Source of the DNA: Azolla caroliniana
Taxonomy: Eukaryota; Plantae; Polypodiophyta
Length of the DNA: 47,811 bases
Reading direction: 5' to 3'
Assembly (NCBI GenBank): GCA_043228905.1
Contig: JBHGNT010000230.1
Span: 1 to 47,811, forward strand
Positions 26,273 to 39,398 of the stretch are shown here, piece after piece. A model generated the notes under the pieces. That model was given only the letters and a program-made list of their open reading frames with translations, was not told where the DNA came from and did no database searches. Positions within the stretch are counted from its first letter, which is position 1. Every line of letters starts with the position of its first letter. The translations under genes were made by a program, and so were the position numbers.

Positions 26273-27232
26273 ATGGCGGCAACACGTCCCCAAACAGCGC
26301 ATCCCATGGTCTATAGTACCACCATTTCCGTGGCCGTGGCCTTGGCGTTGGTTGTGGTGTCCATATTTAGCTGTCCTGGCACTGATGCCGCCGGCGTGGG
26401 CGCTTGGGAGCAGGCACATGCGACCTTTTACGGCGGCTCCGATGCATCCGGAACAATGGGTACGTACTTGAATTCGCATGTTAAAACACAATAAATATAT
26501 ATTAGGTTTACACATCATCATCTGAATCAGAATCAGAATAAGAATCATCGTGACCATGAGCCGCAATGCGCTTGATTGATTTGTGTGTACGTACATGTTA
26601 CAGCCGGGGCTTGCGGCTATGGCGACTTGTACAGCCAGGGGTACGGCACCAACACGGCGGCGCTGAGCACGGCGCTCTTCAATGGGGGTGCCATCTGCGG
26701 TGCATGCTTCGAGATGCAATGCGTGGACGACCCGCAGTGGTGCGTGGCCGGTCAGCCATCCGTCATCATCACCGCCACCAACTTCTGCCCGCCCAACTAC
26801 GCTCTGGCCAGCGACAACGGCGGGTGGTGCAACCCGCCGCGGCCGCATTTCGACATGGCGCAGCCGGCGTTCCTGCAGATCGCGGTGTACAGCGGCGGGA
26901 TCGTGCCTGTTCGCTACCGCCGCGTGCCGTGCCAGAAGAAAGGCGGCGTCCGCTTCACCGTCAATGGGAACCCCAACTTCAACCTCGTGCTCTTCACCAA
27001 TGTGGGCGGCAGCGGCGATGTGGTGGCGGCGGAGATGAAGGGCAGCCGATCCGGCTGGATCCCCATGGCACGCAATTGGGGCCAGAACTGGGAGTGCGGC
27101 GCCGTGCTCACAGGGCAGGCGCTCTCCTTCCGTCTCACCACGGGCGACGGCAGCGTGCTCACGTGTATCGACGTCTCCGATGCGAATTGGAGCTTCGGCC
27201 AAACCTTCGAGGCCCTAGAGCAATTCGGATGA
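26273..27232 (+). CDS. EXPA: Alpha-expansin, 2 exons (26273-26459, 26604-27232), about 271 aa with signal peptide
   Basis: Hydrophobic N-terminus; [14 protein letters not shown]|[28 protein letters not shown] and [12 protein letters not shown] motifs; phase-1 GT..AG intron. Confidence 0.95.
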
Positions 27233-27757
27233 TTGGGAGCTACTTACTTACTGCTCACCACCACCACCTGGTACCACTATACTATCCCATCCATCCATCC
27301 ATCGGACATCCCATCCCATCCCATCAATCAATCAATCATCGTTTCTGTATACCATCAAAAAAAATAAAAAATAAGAATTGGCCACACATTGCGGTTAATT
27401 TGGCTTCTTTCTTCCCCTCTCTCCAAACCTTAGAGAGGAGGGGTGCAGGGTGTATGTATGTACCGTACCCTATCTACACCACAGAAAACAGAACCCTCAA
27501 CAAAAACAAGAATGCCCCCATATTTTTCCTATACCATCAATTCATAATGCACATACACACACATAGTACATACATACGTGTACACCACCATATACATACA
27601 TATCTCTTACAATCAATGGAGTCACGGTTTATTACTCCATACAAATATATATATATATATATTATTTCTCTCTCTCTCTCTGTGTTTGTTTTTTCTTGTC
27701 AATTTTCCCTTCCTTTCAATCTCTCTCATCTCTCCTTCCTTCCCTTCCAATTGTCTA

Positions 27758-28270
27758 ATGTCACGTCTTCTACACCCCAACCAACGTGTGTCTCGATTAC
27801 AACGGCGCTACGCATATCTCAAACATGCCATCTACCCTTACTGCCCCCAAGAACTCTGAAAACTATTCGAAAGTGTGCCGAAGAGAAATCCCATAGCTAA
27901 CCTACAAGAAGATTCATTAGAATATGGGGGTTTTGAAACCTTAGGGTATCTGATACGATTCCATGCCACATATGGCAGCATATGTCATTGTGCAGGCGAA
28001 GGGCGACGATATATTTTACGCAACTATAAAATTCGGACCATATTCTTGATGATAACTAATATCACATTTTGCAAACGATGGAAGTCATGTGATATCGGGG
28101 TGAGCGAATGTGTTGAGCAGGGAGATTCGATAGAATTTTCACTACCATCAAGAAATCCTTGCATTGCATGGGCATTAATAGGTGATGTTCAAAAAAGAAT
28201 TTGTGACATCCACAATCTTTGGTACCTGGAACTCATTACTCATTACTATCACAGTGTAGATTCGATTTAG
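27758..28270 (+). pseudogene. Decayed reading frame of unknown origin (weak B3-domain-like flavour)
   Basis: ATG at 27758, one in-frame TGA at 27857-27859, then the same frame stays open to 28270 (GRRYILR...WKS...GDSIEFSL). Confidence 0.2.
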
Positions 28271-29071
28271 TCTACTCCATGTCGACCTATACTCATGGTG
28301 CAGTGTGGAAAAAGCTCATGTTTATTATATAATTTTGTGTTATTAATCATATTGGAATCTAAGTGTTGCATGCTTATCATTCTGACTTTGATAAGTGAGG
28401 ATACTATGAAAATTGGCTGAAATTTGAGACCAATACTAGTTCCAATGGCTTCCTTCCTCGCCAAGGTTTATGGAATTATGGAATGAAAAGTCCCACATGG
28501 GGATATTCAAACCATCAAATGCTCATATTCTAATATAAGTGGTTCATTATTCATAAGAGGGAAGGGGTGGCTTCGGTTTATGTAGGATATGAAACTAGTC
28601 AATAAGGTGACTGTTAGGTGGAATGCACATGTTGGCCAGTCATCAATGAATATATTGAAGGATAAATTAGTGGAAGAGTTATTTACTCCATGGAAAATTT
28701 TGCATTTAAGGTATCACGATCCATTCCAACTTGCTATGGAAAGCAAGGATATTACAACCATGTAGAAACTGATTGGATTTCTGTGGATGGTGTACCTTTC
28801 TACAAGGTGCACCAATTCAGTTAGCCATGTGTTGGTATACCAGCTTGGATGAGATTCTCATAAACTGATAAAGATAGGAACGGGGATTTGAGGGGGTGTT
28901 GAAAGTTTGTACTATAGTAGATCACTTCAATTACCTAAAAAACAAGTCTCATCAATTACCTTCAAAAAGTCTTATAGATGTTGGCAAAGGTCAACCTCAT
29001 TGCATCTAAATAGACATCAATATTTGGATGTAAAGAAATATTGATAATTAAAACTTAAACCATGTTAGTAT

Positions 29072-30475
29072 TTTTTTTTTTCCTTGAAAGATTTTCTTTA
29101 ATATAAGTAAAAGTTATCTGCCCCTAGGCTTACAACATAGAATAAAAGACAATATAAAAACAACTTATACAAGGATGTTGAACCTTAATACAGTACATTA
29201 ACATCTTGTTTTTTATCAAGATGGAAGTTCATAGTTCCATTGAGGTCTTTGATTTGTCACTACAAAGAGAGGCACCTTCCTCCATAAGTGAAGAAGCTTC
29301 ATCCTTCTTTTATGAATATTTTCTGGAGAACCATACATGTTATCATATTGCCCACGAACTATTGTGAACAATGTTTCCCATATCTCAAGCAATACCTTTG
29401 AAAGACCAAGCTTTGTTGCATCGTAAAGTTGACTTGACTGCATCTACATTTCCATAATACCCATAATGTTATCGTCGTCACAGTTATCCAAACCTGGACA
29501 AATTGCACCTGCTTTCGAGGTTGTTGAAACGAACTAAGCAATATCAATCTTCTGTTATGTATCTTCATGGCTTCTTGTATATCGTCTGCCTCATACAACA
29601 TCAAGCTAGAGTGCAAAATTCCCCACACTGTTGCTGCCCATGAGAACAAGCAACCAACATTGATCGTTAGGAATAACGAAAAAACTTTATTCCATACTTG
29701 TTGAGCCAGGGAACAAGACCAGAGGGCATGCTTAGTAGTCTCTGGCGTTGCATAGCAAAATCCACCTTGACTGAGATTATGTGCTACATTCCCTTTTAAC
29801 GTCTGGCCAACTAGTAATGTTGCATGCACTAATAGCCATCTAAAAAGAATATGTCCAGAACCAACCCCCTGGATCCCATAGTAGTCTTGCAATAGGTTCT
29901 TTTGCATACAACCACATCATATCACACATATGAGCGATAGAAGGATAAGGATCAAGCAACCACTTCTTTCGCATTTTTGCAAGCACTCTAACTGGTGCAT
30001 TCCACGCATGCTGAAAATAGTTGCAGTCACATGCATGATGCTGCATTCTATTGTTATCAAGAACCTCAAAATAAGAAATGCACCCATTAGGTGAGATACC
30101 CTTGAGAGCCAACAATATATCATTTATGAAGCATCCAAACAAAAAATGCTCGTGTATGGGTTTGAAGGTCATCATTAATGAAGAATATGACGCTGAAATA
30201 GCAATTGTCATTACCTTGGCTCCATGAAGAGTTTGTAAATGCGCAAGCCAATCTGCTTGTGACATCTGTTGGAATTGAATACAAGTGCTTACAGATGCAG
30301 TTGGCCCATTATCCAGTTTACCCTAGGCAAGGTGAGTTCTAGGACCCACCACTTTTTCCTATATTATCCCGAAATAGAGAATTTCCAAGGAGAGGTTGAT
30401 TAAGCAATGCATCCCAAGTAGAAGACTTCTCCTTAATTAGATGGCTTGATCCCATCCTACGCCCTTATTATTCCT
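29072..30475 (-). mobile_element. 5'-truncated, frameshifted L1-like LINE
   Basis: Minus-strand ORF pieces 29216-29443, 29359-29907 and 29840-30265 with ETTKHALWSC, LWVLWKCRC and PQWNY. Poly(T) at 29071-29081. 14-bp TSD aaccatg(t/a)tagtat at 29058-29071 and 30476-30489 (1 mismatch). Confidence 0.85.
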
Positions 30476-30506
30476 AACCATGATAGTATATATTGTGGTG
30501 TGTGTG

Positions 30507-30560
30507 TGTAAAGAATCGGGTATGATTCTTGTGTAGCGGAATAGGTGTGAACTGTGTGTG

Positions 30561-30602
<42 letters not shown>

Positions 30603-31050
30603 TTAAGCTTGAGCTCTTGGGATTGAAATTAGTAACTGTTTTGACAAGTTTATTGTTTCACCATTATAATCCTTCATCATGTTATAATGTTATGAGGATT
30701 ATTGCTCCACACTTGGGAGAGTATAAAGGAGGTGAGATGCCTATAGGATCAGTAAGGCACAAAGTATACACAAGGTAGATTATATTAACAAAGGAGAAAG
30801 ACTCAACAACATACAAAGTGGGAGGAGGGTGCTTTATATAGTCACCCTCTCTCTTCATTAACTACAAGACTCATGGAGCATGGGGAATGTGAAAGCTCAT
30901 AAGTTATGTGGCATAGAATATGATTCTATGACTCATACTAAATGTTAGAATACAAAGAGGTGACATAATGGTGACCCTTGACCGCTGGAGTGTCTATTCA
31001 CTCTCAAGGTGAGTTCACACACTAGACCAAGTTGAGCTTGATTCTCAACA
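30507..31050 (-). repeat. Copia 3' LTR (544 bp)
   Basis: tgtaaagaatcggg...agcttgattctcaaca; direct repeat of 35752-36115; contains (GA)n. Confidence 0.92.
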
Positions 31051-31061
31051 CGCCCCCTCAA
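31051..31061 (-). other. Polypurine tract of the copia element
   Basis: Minus-strand ttgagggggcg immediately before the 3' LTR. Confidence 0.8.
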
Positions 31062-31316
31062 GCTCAAGTTGGGTCGGTTTCAGACGGTATCTGAAATCCG
31101 CTTCGACTTGCGTTTCGGAGTCCGCGTCGACTCGCGCCAACTCGCATTTATGCGGAGTTGCGGAATCCGTGCTCCAGCTTGCGTTGTGCGTAGTTGCGAA
31201 GTCTATGCTTCGACTTGCGTCTTTCTTCGTGGCTTTGCGTGGTAGATCGGCTTTTCGCGGCTTCGTTGCGTAATCCACGCATTATTGCGTAGTGCACAGT
31301 TTGCGGAATCCACGCG

Positions 31317-34300
31317 TTATTGCATAATGTCTTCAGTACTCCCCCACAAGCTTGGCAGGTCAGGGGTCGTCAATCCGAGATCGGTCATGAATTGCCATAG
31401 CTTGTTGGCTCCTAAGTCTTTAGTGAAGATTTCAGCCGTTTGAAGATTGGTGCTAATGTGTTGTAGGTTGACATCGCCAGCTAGAACGCGCTCTCGGATG
31501 AAGTGATAGTGCACTTCGATGTGCTTTGTCCGCGTGTGGAACACCGGGTTCCGAGCTAGAGAGATACTGCTCATGTTGTCGCAATAAAGGGAAGTTGGAT
31601 CCTTGATGGGTACGCCCAGATCCTTGAGTACCCTTTTGAGCCATACGGCTTCACATGCGGCCACTGGCGCGCCCCTGTATTCGGCCTCTGTGCTCGAAAG
31701 AGCGATGGTTGGTTGCTTTTTGCTGCCCCAAGATATTGCTCCGCTGCCGAGGGAGAAAACAAATCCGGAGGTTGATCTTCTATCGGCTTTTTAGCCGGCC
31801 CAATCGGCGTCTGTGTACCCCTCGAGTCGTATTCGCATCGCGGTCTTGTAGAGGATGCTGCAATCCATTGTGCCGCTCACGTATCGTAGAACTCACTTAG
31901 CGCAATCCAAGTGAGTATCACACGGTGTTTGCATGAATTGGCTAAGGAGACCGACCAGATAACTGAGATCGGGTCGAGTGATCGTGAGGTAGATGAGACT
32001 CCCAATGAGTTGCCGATATTGAGTCGGTTCACACGCTTTGGTGCCGGAGTTCGCATCTAGTTTGAGATTGCGATCGAGTGGGGTTGCGACGGATTTGCAC
32101 TTAGCCATACCGAACTTGTATAACAAGTTGAGGATGTAGTGCCGTTGAGAAATCATGATTCCAGTTGGGGTCCGAATTACCTTGATGCCGAGGAAGTAAT
32201 GGAGTTCCTTCATGTCCGTCATCTCGAGATTTGACCTTATTGATTTCGATGAGATGCTCACCTCCAATGACTAGGTCATCCACATATAAGATGATGACGA
32301 TCGGACTTGCGGAATCGCTTCGTATGTAGAGGGAGTTGTCCGATTTTGACATACGGAAGCCGATTTCATGAAGATATTGCGTTATCTTCGAATGCCAAGC
32401 ACGCGGTGCTTGCTTGAGGCCGTAGAGTGGCTTCTTGAGTCGGCATATAGCTTTCGGATGGGTGCTCGAGTTGAAGCTGGGTGGTTGTATCATGTACACC
32501 TCCTCTTCTAATTCGCCTTGTAGAAAGGCGTTCTTGACGTCCATTTGATGGAGGTGCCACCCTTTCGCTGCGGCAAGCGCAATTACGGTCTGTACCGCTG
32601 TCATCTTTGCCACCGGGGCAAAGGTCTCCTCGTAGTCAACTCCGTGCATTTGGGCGTAGCCTTTCGCTACGAGTCACGCTTTGTAGCGGTTGACGGAATC
32701 GTCGGCGTTGTAAATCCATCTGCATCCAATCGCCTTTTTATGTGGTGAGGTGGGAACGAGATCTCACGTGTCGTTCTTCCGTAGTGCCTGCATCTCCTCG
32801 TTCATGGCTTCTATCCATCGCAGATCCTTGGCTGCTTCGGAAAATGTTTCCGACTCGCGTACTGTCGCCACCTTCATCATAAAGGCATAGTGATATGCCA
32901 TGTTAGTCATTGTAGCCGAATTGGCTAACCGGATTCTTTTCATGGGTGGAGCGACGGAGCTTTTCATTTGCAAAGATGAGGGCTTTCTTAGTTCCGATTG
33001 TTACATTGAAGCCGTTGAACTCACTGTCGAGTGAGTGAATCGACTCATCGTTGTTAAAGCGATCGTCTGCGTATTCCGCCATTTTTGCGTTGCCTTTGTC
33101 CATCTTCGGGCTACGCCATGATGTGCTTTGATCGCTCAAAGGCTCTTGTGGTCCACTCATTCGGGTCGTGATCGGACTTTCTTCGAACATGCACGTAAGG
33201 CGATCTTCATCCTCTAACTCTTGTTCGGCGAATTCCGGGTCGAGCGGAGTCGGAGTCAAAGTTGTCTCTGCTGCGTACTAGGATGCAGACTCGTCAAAAA
33301 CGACATCTTGACTTACTCAAGATTTCCGAGTTGGGGGGTTGTAGCACTTGTACCCCTTTTGCTCCAATGAGTATCCCACAAGGATACATTTCTCCGACTT
33401 CGGATCAAGCTTTTGACGCTTCTCGTCGGGGATGTGCACGTACGCTATCGTGCCGAATATCCGGATCTGCGATAAGTCTGGCTTCTTTCCGAAGTGTTTT
33501 TCGTGCGGAGTGACCTCGTGCATGCCAGATGTTGTGCACTGGTTCATTAGGTAGACGAACGTATTTGCAGCTTCGGCCCAATATAACTTGGGCATATGCT
33601 TCTCATTCATCATGGCCCGCGCTACTTCGAGGATGTGCCGATTTTTGCACTTGGCTTCTCCGTTTTGTTGCGGAGTGTGTCGGCTAGTGAATTCTCGTCG
33701 AATTCCTTCCTTTCGGAGATACGCCATGAAATCGTTCGAGAAGTACTCCTTGCCACCATCCGGTCGAAGACAACGTACATGTCGGTCCATGGCTTTCTCG
33801 ACTTCATTCTTGAATGTTTGGAAGTGTCCGAACACTTCGCTCTTTTGCCGCATCGGGTATATCCAAGTGTGGCTAGAGAAATCATCGATGAAGAGCACGT
33901 AATATCGGCATCCGTCGAATGTAGCCGTCTATGCCGATCCCCATACATCAGAATTGACTACGTCGAGTAGACCTTTGCTCATATTCCGCTCTTTCGGGAA
34001 TGGGTGTCGTTGTTGCTTGCCAAATTGGCATGCTTCGCATACACCTTCAATCTCCTTCTCTTTGAATGTCGAGAGTCTGATGACGACTCCTTTCGATTTC
34101 ATTGCTTTGAGCTTTTGGAGATTTATAGGGCCAATTCGCTTGTGCCATAGCTCTATGTCAGAGTCGGTTTTCGTGCTTTTTGCGAACATGGCGGATTTCA
34201 TTTTGTGTGAATCGAGAATGAACATCTGGCCCTCTCTTCTTCCGCGCGTGATGATTCGGCCCTCTTTTTCGATGAAGCACCTTTCTTGGTCGAATCGTAC

Positions 34301-35580
34301 TTGCATCCCTTGCTCAACCATTTGACCGACTGAGACCAAATTCTTCGTGATGGTGGGAACATGCAAGACATTTTTAATGTATGTTTGCTTACCTCTTTCG
34401 CCAAACGGAACATTGCCGATGTGCCGAATCGGGTGCGTAGTGTTGTCTCCGGTTTCGATATAACCGGGTCGCTCCGGCTCTCGAAGTTCGAGAAACCATT
34501 CTTTGTGGGATTTCATATGGTTTAAGGCTCTGGAGTCCACAAACCATCCATCCTACAGATTGAGGGCACGATTTGAGGTCAAGGCCGACATAGAGTTTGC
34601 TCTATGTTTCATCATGAACATTCCGCCACAGTCGGAGTTGCGTGCATAAATTCCGCCACGATCTTCGTAGTCGGAGTTGTTCTCGTACATTCCACTATAC
34701 TCTTCGTAGTCGGAATTGTGCACGTAATTCGTGAGGTCAGCTTGTGGAAGCCGATTCACGCATCTTCTTTTGGCACTCTTCTTCGTGGTGGCCGAGCTTT
34801 CCGCAATATCTGCATTCGGTTGCGTTTTAACGGCTCCGGCCGGAGTGGAAGCTCCCCCTTCTTGCAAAGGTTCCTCGTTGGCTTCCGTTTTGCGGCCGAA
34901 ATTGGGAGTTCGCCTCGTTCGCCTTGTCCTTGGCCGAATCGGCCTCTCGACCGTTCGCGTCCTCTTCATCCGTTCAAGTGTGTGTAGAGCATGTGGCCTT
35001 CTGACTCATTGCTCCTTGTACGCACGTTGTTTTCTTTGACCAATAGCATTGATTCGAGCTCGAAGAAGGAGGGAGCTTTCTCTCGTGCTAGAACGGCGGT
35101 TCGCATCGCGCCAAACCGTGGTGCGAGGCCGCCGAGGCATATTTGAACCATCTCATCATCATCGATATTTACGCTTATTGAGCCGAGCGAATCGCAAAGC
35201 TCCTTGATCTTCGAGGTGTATGTCGTGATGGACATGTCCCTTTGTTGAATGTTGTTCAACTCCTGGCGGAGTTGAAGCCTTCTTGCGGTTGTGTTCGCCA
35301 CGAAAATCTTTCGTAGATTTTCCCATGCCTCCTTCGGCGTCTTGGCTTCGCGAATGTAGCCAAGCATGTGATCGTGAACACATGTCGCCAAGAAATACAT
35401 CACCCGGCTTGCGGCTTGCTCCCATGTCGCGTATCCGGGAGCCACTTCGGCGGGTCGGTCTTCATGCACTCCTTTGATGTAGCCCCAATAGCCTTGTCTG
35501 ACAAGTTATTGGTGCATCTTGTACTCCCAAGATGCGAAGTTATTTCAATCCAACTTCTCGGTAGGGAGAGCGCTCCCCAT
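31317..35580 (-). pseudogene. Copia gag-pol polyprotein broken by stops and frameshifts
   Basis: Fragments: gag 34966-35580; knuckle CRYCGKLGHHEEEC ~34773-34817; protease WFVDSR (DSG mutated) and pre-integrase LWHKR 33929-34550; integrase 33317-33898; RT 31893-32750; RNase H 31317-31800. Confidence 0.9.
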
Positions 35581-35739
35581 TTGAGTATTCATTATGTCGA
35601 TTCTTCTTCTTCTTCTTCTCTCTTCGAATGTGAGCTATGTAGTGAAGCTACGATAGCGATGAGCCGGTTCTTGGTCGTCGGCGTGGAGCACAACACACGA
35701 TCACGATGAGGCGAATGGGCTAGATCGAATTACCAAATC

Positions 35740-35751
35740 GCTCTGATACCA
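35740..35751 (-). other. Primer binding site complementary to initiator tRNA-Met
   Basis: Minus strand TGGTATCAGAGC directly after the 5' LTR. Confidence 0.92.
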
Positions 35752-35799
35752 TGTAAAGAATCGGGTATGATTCTTGTGTAGCGGAATAGGTGTGAACTA

Positions 35800-35851
<52 letters not shown>

Positions 35852-36115
35852 AAGACACAGAGTATACGCAAGGTAGATTATATTAACAAATGAGAATTAC
35901 TCAACAACATACAAGGTGGGAGGAGGGTGCTTTATATAGTCACCCTCTCTCTTCATTAACTACAAGACTCATGGAGTATGGGGAATGTGAAAGCTCATAA
36001 GTTAAATGCTAGAATACAAAGAGGTGACATAATGGTGACTCTTGACCGTTCGGAGTGTCTATTCACTCTCAAGGTGAGTTAACACACTAGACCAAGTTGA
36101 GCTTGATTCTCAACA
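35752..36115 (-). repeat. Copia 5' LTR (364 bp)
   Basis: Same termini as 30507-31050 but lacking two internal segments. Confidence 0.92.
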
Positions 36116-36576
36116 ATATTGTATGGTATGAGTGAACCTCTTGTCCGATAAAGGTTGAGATAATTTAGGAGATATAGGAAAGATATGTGACTTCAACTTG
36201 TGTTTAAATTTTCTTACCACATTGGTTACCTCATTACCGTGACTATATTATGTGTTGTTGTACCCACTTTTTTTTCTTGAGAAATATCCTCTATTGGTAT
36301 TAAAAGAAAAGTGGCCAAATCCAATATACAATTTAGTGGTCCAATGTTACAAGAAATGTTGGGACTCCATGCCGAACGACCCTTGCCAACCTTTATAGGT
36401 AAAGATAATGATAAAAATACTTGTAAAAGTATTGGATGTGTAAATAAAGTACAACCAAGCCATCCCATTCTCTAGATCAACAACATGAAGAGGAACCCAA
36501 TATGAGTAAACACGTTCATGTTCACAAGTGAAAGGATCGTGCATTCTAGCTATAGATTCCTTTTATAATCTTGCAA

Positions 36577-38352
36577 TTTTAGGCCATTTTCAGAAACTTG
36601 ATACACTAGTATCACATGTTTTAAATAGCATGTAAAATTGGCTAATTTTTTGAGATTTAACAAGTTTCAAAATGATAAATTATAAAATTGAATAGTTTTT
36701 CAATAAACGTTTAAACATTGATGGTTTGCAGATATGAAATGTAGTTAACTTAAAGAAAATCACAATGGCTAACTAAAGGCACAAGTTAAGATTAATGGTT
36801 TCTTTTTGGAAAAAAAAAAGATTAATGGTTTCACCATCTTGAGAATATGTAGGTTCCAGAAGTGGAAGTTACATCTATTGTTAGACTTGAAAATGTGTTA
36901 AGTATACGAGGTAACATTGTAATCCTTAATGCAATTATCTATAAATTTAGTGCTCATTAACATCCATAAATTCACAACTCAAGAAATGTATATAATATTC
37001 ATAAACAATTTTGATAAATCCATAACTCCTAAAATGTAGATGATATTCATAAACTATCAAAACTAGCAAACTTAGATGTAAACATTAATATATCAATTTG
37101 AACATATCACATAGTTATTAAGGTATCCACAATGTTCTCCTCTTCTTCATTTTGAGAGCTCCTCTACAAAATTTGTGAAGTAAATGACATTTGCAAGGTT
37201 CAATTATAATCAACACAATTATTAATGGTTTTTTGTTAATCAAGGAAGCACATGTTCATGTTTAGAGTTCATGTTTAGAAATATTCTTCTTTTTTCAAAT
37301 AGAAGAGGTTTAGGGTTTACATGAAGTCGAATTGTACTAAAATCTCTGTTTTTACAAGAGAAAAGAGATGCATGTCGATACTGCAAAGAAGTATGTTGCA
37401 CAACAAGACACCTTATGGTGAACATGTCTTTTATTGATTAACAAAAAACCATTAATAATTGTGTTGATGGTAATTGAACCTTGCAAATGTCATTTACGTG
37501 GTCTATAAAATATTCTCATGGTTCTTAATCACCACTTCAAACACTTAATGTTGATCTTTATAGTTTGGTTCATCTACAACAAAGAAACATTTATGTGAAA
37601 CTAAGCACAACAACACGAGCATAACTCAAGTGACAAGGAAACTTGCAAGAACTCAAGGTGAGAATATTAATAGCTACACATGTGGATGGCCATGACCTAG
37701 GGCACCAATTCTGCATTGGTAAAGTTTTGAACGTGGTGATGCATTAAACTTTTGTAATACATCTATCATTGACATTAGTGAGGTGGATATCATTGTGTAT
37801 GACTTTACACTTACAAAAGTTGAATGTTTAAGGACGATAACGATAGACATAATAAAAGAGATATTACCAAGTCAAGAAGATATTACCAAGTCAAGAAGAT
37901 ATCTCAGATTGAAGGCGAACAAGATTTAGTGTAAACAATTTGGAGACACCATTTGGTGAAGACAATGATTTGATTGGTACATTTGATAATGAGGAGGAAG
38001 AGTCACAATTGTATATTAGTTAGAGTAGTGATTCTCATGAAAGGAATGATAATAGTGATGCAAATGACTCCTAAATGTATTTTTTGTGCAACAATATGTA
38101 ACAAATTTAAACAACATTTTATCGAATGAAATGAAAAAGTTGATTGTTTTGAAATCTTTCCCTTATAATTTCGTTAGGATCTAAAATACTACTAGTTGTA
38201 ATTTCTCCTTAAAAATACACAAAGTTACTTTTCTTATTTGGCCAAAATTTGGCATTTTTCAATTTTACCAAATGGTGAAAATTTTAGCTTTTCTATCAAG
38301 TTTTCGAGAACATGTGATACTGGTATCAAGGTGTTTTCTGAAATGGCTAAAA
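36577..38352. mobile_element. Decayed TIR DNA transposon remnant (~1.8 kb)
   Basis: Degenerate inverted ends: ttttaggccattttcagaaacttgatacactagtatcacatgtt (36577-36620) versus aacatgtgatactggtatcaaggtgttttctgaaatggctaaaa (38309-38352). TSD not resolved. Confidence 0.5.
37180..37497. mobile_element. Foldback/MITE with 64-bp inverted arms
   Basis: 37180-37243 is the reverse complement of 37434-37497 with 2 mismatches. Confidence 0.75.
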
Positions 38353-39398
38353 AAGGCCCAAAATCAGACGGAATATTCCTTATCCTTCCATTTGTACGCA
38401 ATCCTTCCACTCGTGAACTCATATGACTTGAATAAAAAAATCTTCACCGATGAGAACAACCATTGTTTATGAATCTTTAGGGAATTCCAAGCAATAAAGC
38501 ACCATCTTCCAACTGAAGCTCTTCTTGATAAGCATTTTATGGATTCTGCTTTCAGTGTACTTTTGACCTTGTAACAAAAAGAAGCATGATTGGGGCAATC
38601 GGTGTAATCCTTGGTAATATACATAAATACATATGTAGTTTGATTCCCAATGTCATAAACAAATGAATCCAACACCTTACTCATCACTCTATACGAATTG
38701 CATCTCATCAAATAATTTAATCGAAAACCTCCCAATTCATTGTAACATTGGATGATGCCGAGGGAATGTTGTTGTACCCGTTCTTAAAATAGGGGAAACA
38801 TTAGTCGAGTTACAAGGGCACATAATATAAGTACTACACAAACTCAAGCAATGACTTTAGAGAGTTCCTATTCTCAAAAAGTTGACTACATTTGTGGAGA
38901 ACTCAGATCATTTTCACTTTTGATACAAGCCCTAGATAAAGATTGATTGTGTTCCTAGGCAAGAGGATGATCAAGGAAGAAGACATTGTATAAGAGTTGG
39001 TAACAAGGTTGTGAATACATGTAGAGAACCTCGTCTTTGGTGAAAAAAGAATTATGGGGAAATTATGGTGAATCCTCGAAAATGTGATTAGGACTACTTG
39101 AGAAGTAGGGCTTGATTGTAAGATTATGTAGGATTAAATACTAATCTCAAAGAGTAAAGTTTAACTTCAAATTGTACAATCTTGACACTTGTAAAGTTAT
39201 GAAGTCTTACTAGGCTAAGGCTGTGAAGTTGTGAAAATTATCATGATCCACCATAATATCATGTGCCTTCCAAAAGTCATGGGTTGATACATTTATTATC
39301 TATAGAAATATAATGGTCATTTGAGGAGCAAGGTACCATCAATAAAACTAGGCCCATTTGTAGTTTAGAGTGTAAAGTTATAGGTATTGGGAACTCTT

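Larger units (their letters stand above)
30507..36115 (-). mobile_element. Ty1/copia LTR retrotransposon, full-length but degenerate
   Basis: Two TG..CA LTRs, PBS and PPT. Order on the minus strand: gag (UBN2-like), CCHC knuckle, protease, integrase, RT (YVDDL), RNase H ([20 protein letters not shown]). Confidence 0.96.

Noticed and set aside
26264-27900. 444-aa (+) and 312-aa (-) ORFs overlapping the expansin
   Set aside because: Alternative frames kept open by high GC3, running into low-complexity UTR; no motifs.
33588-35709. Plus-strand ORFs inside the copia element
   Set aside because: Antisense frames of the GC-rich gag-pol; no independent coding signal.
36116-36560. Possible continuation of the LINE beyond the copia element
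   Set aside because: The LINE's TSD closes at 30476-30489, so it ends before the copia.
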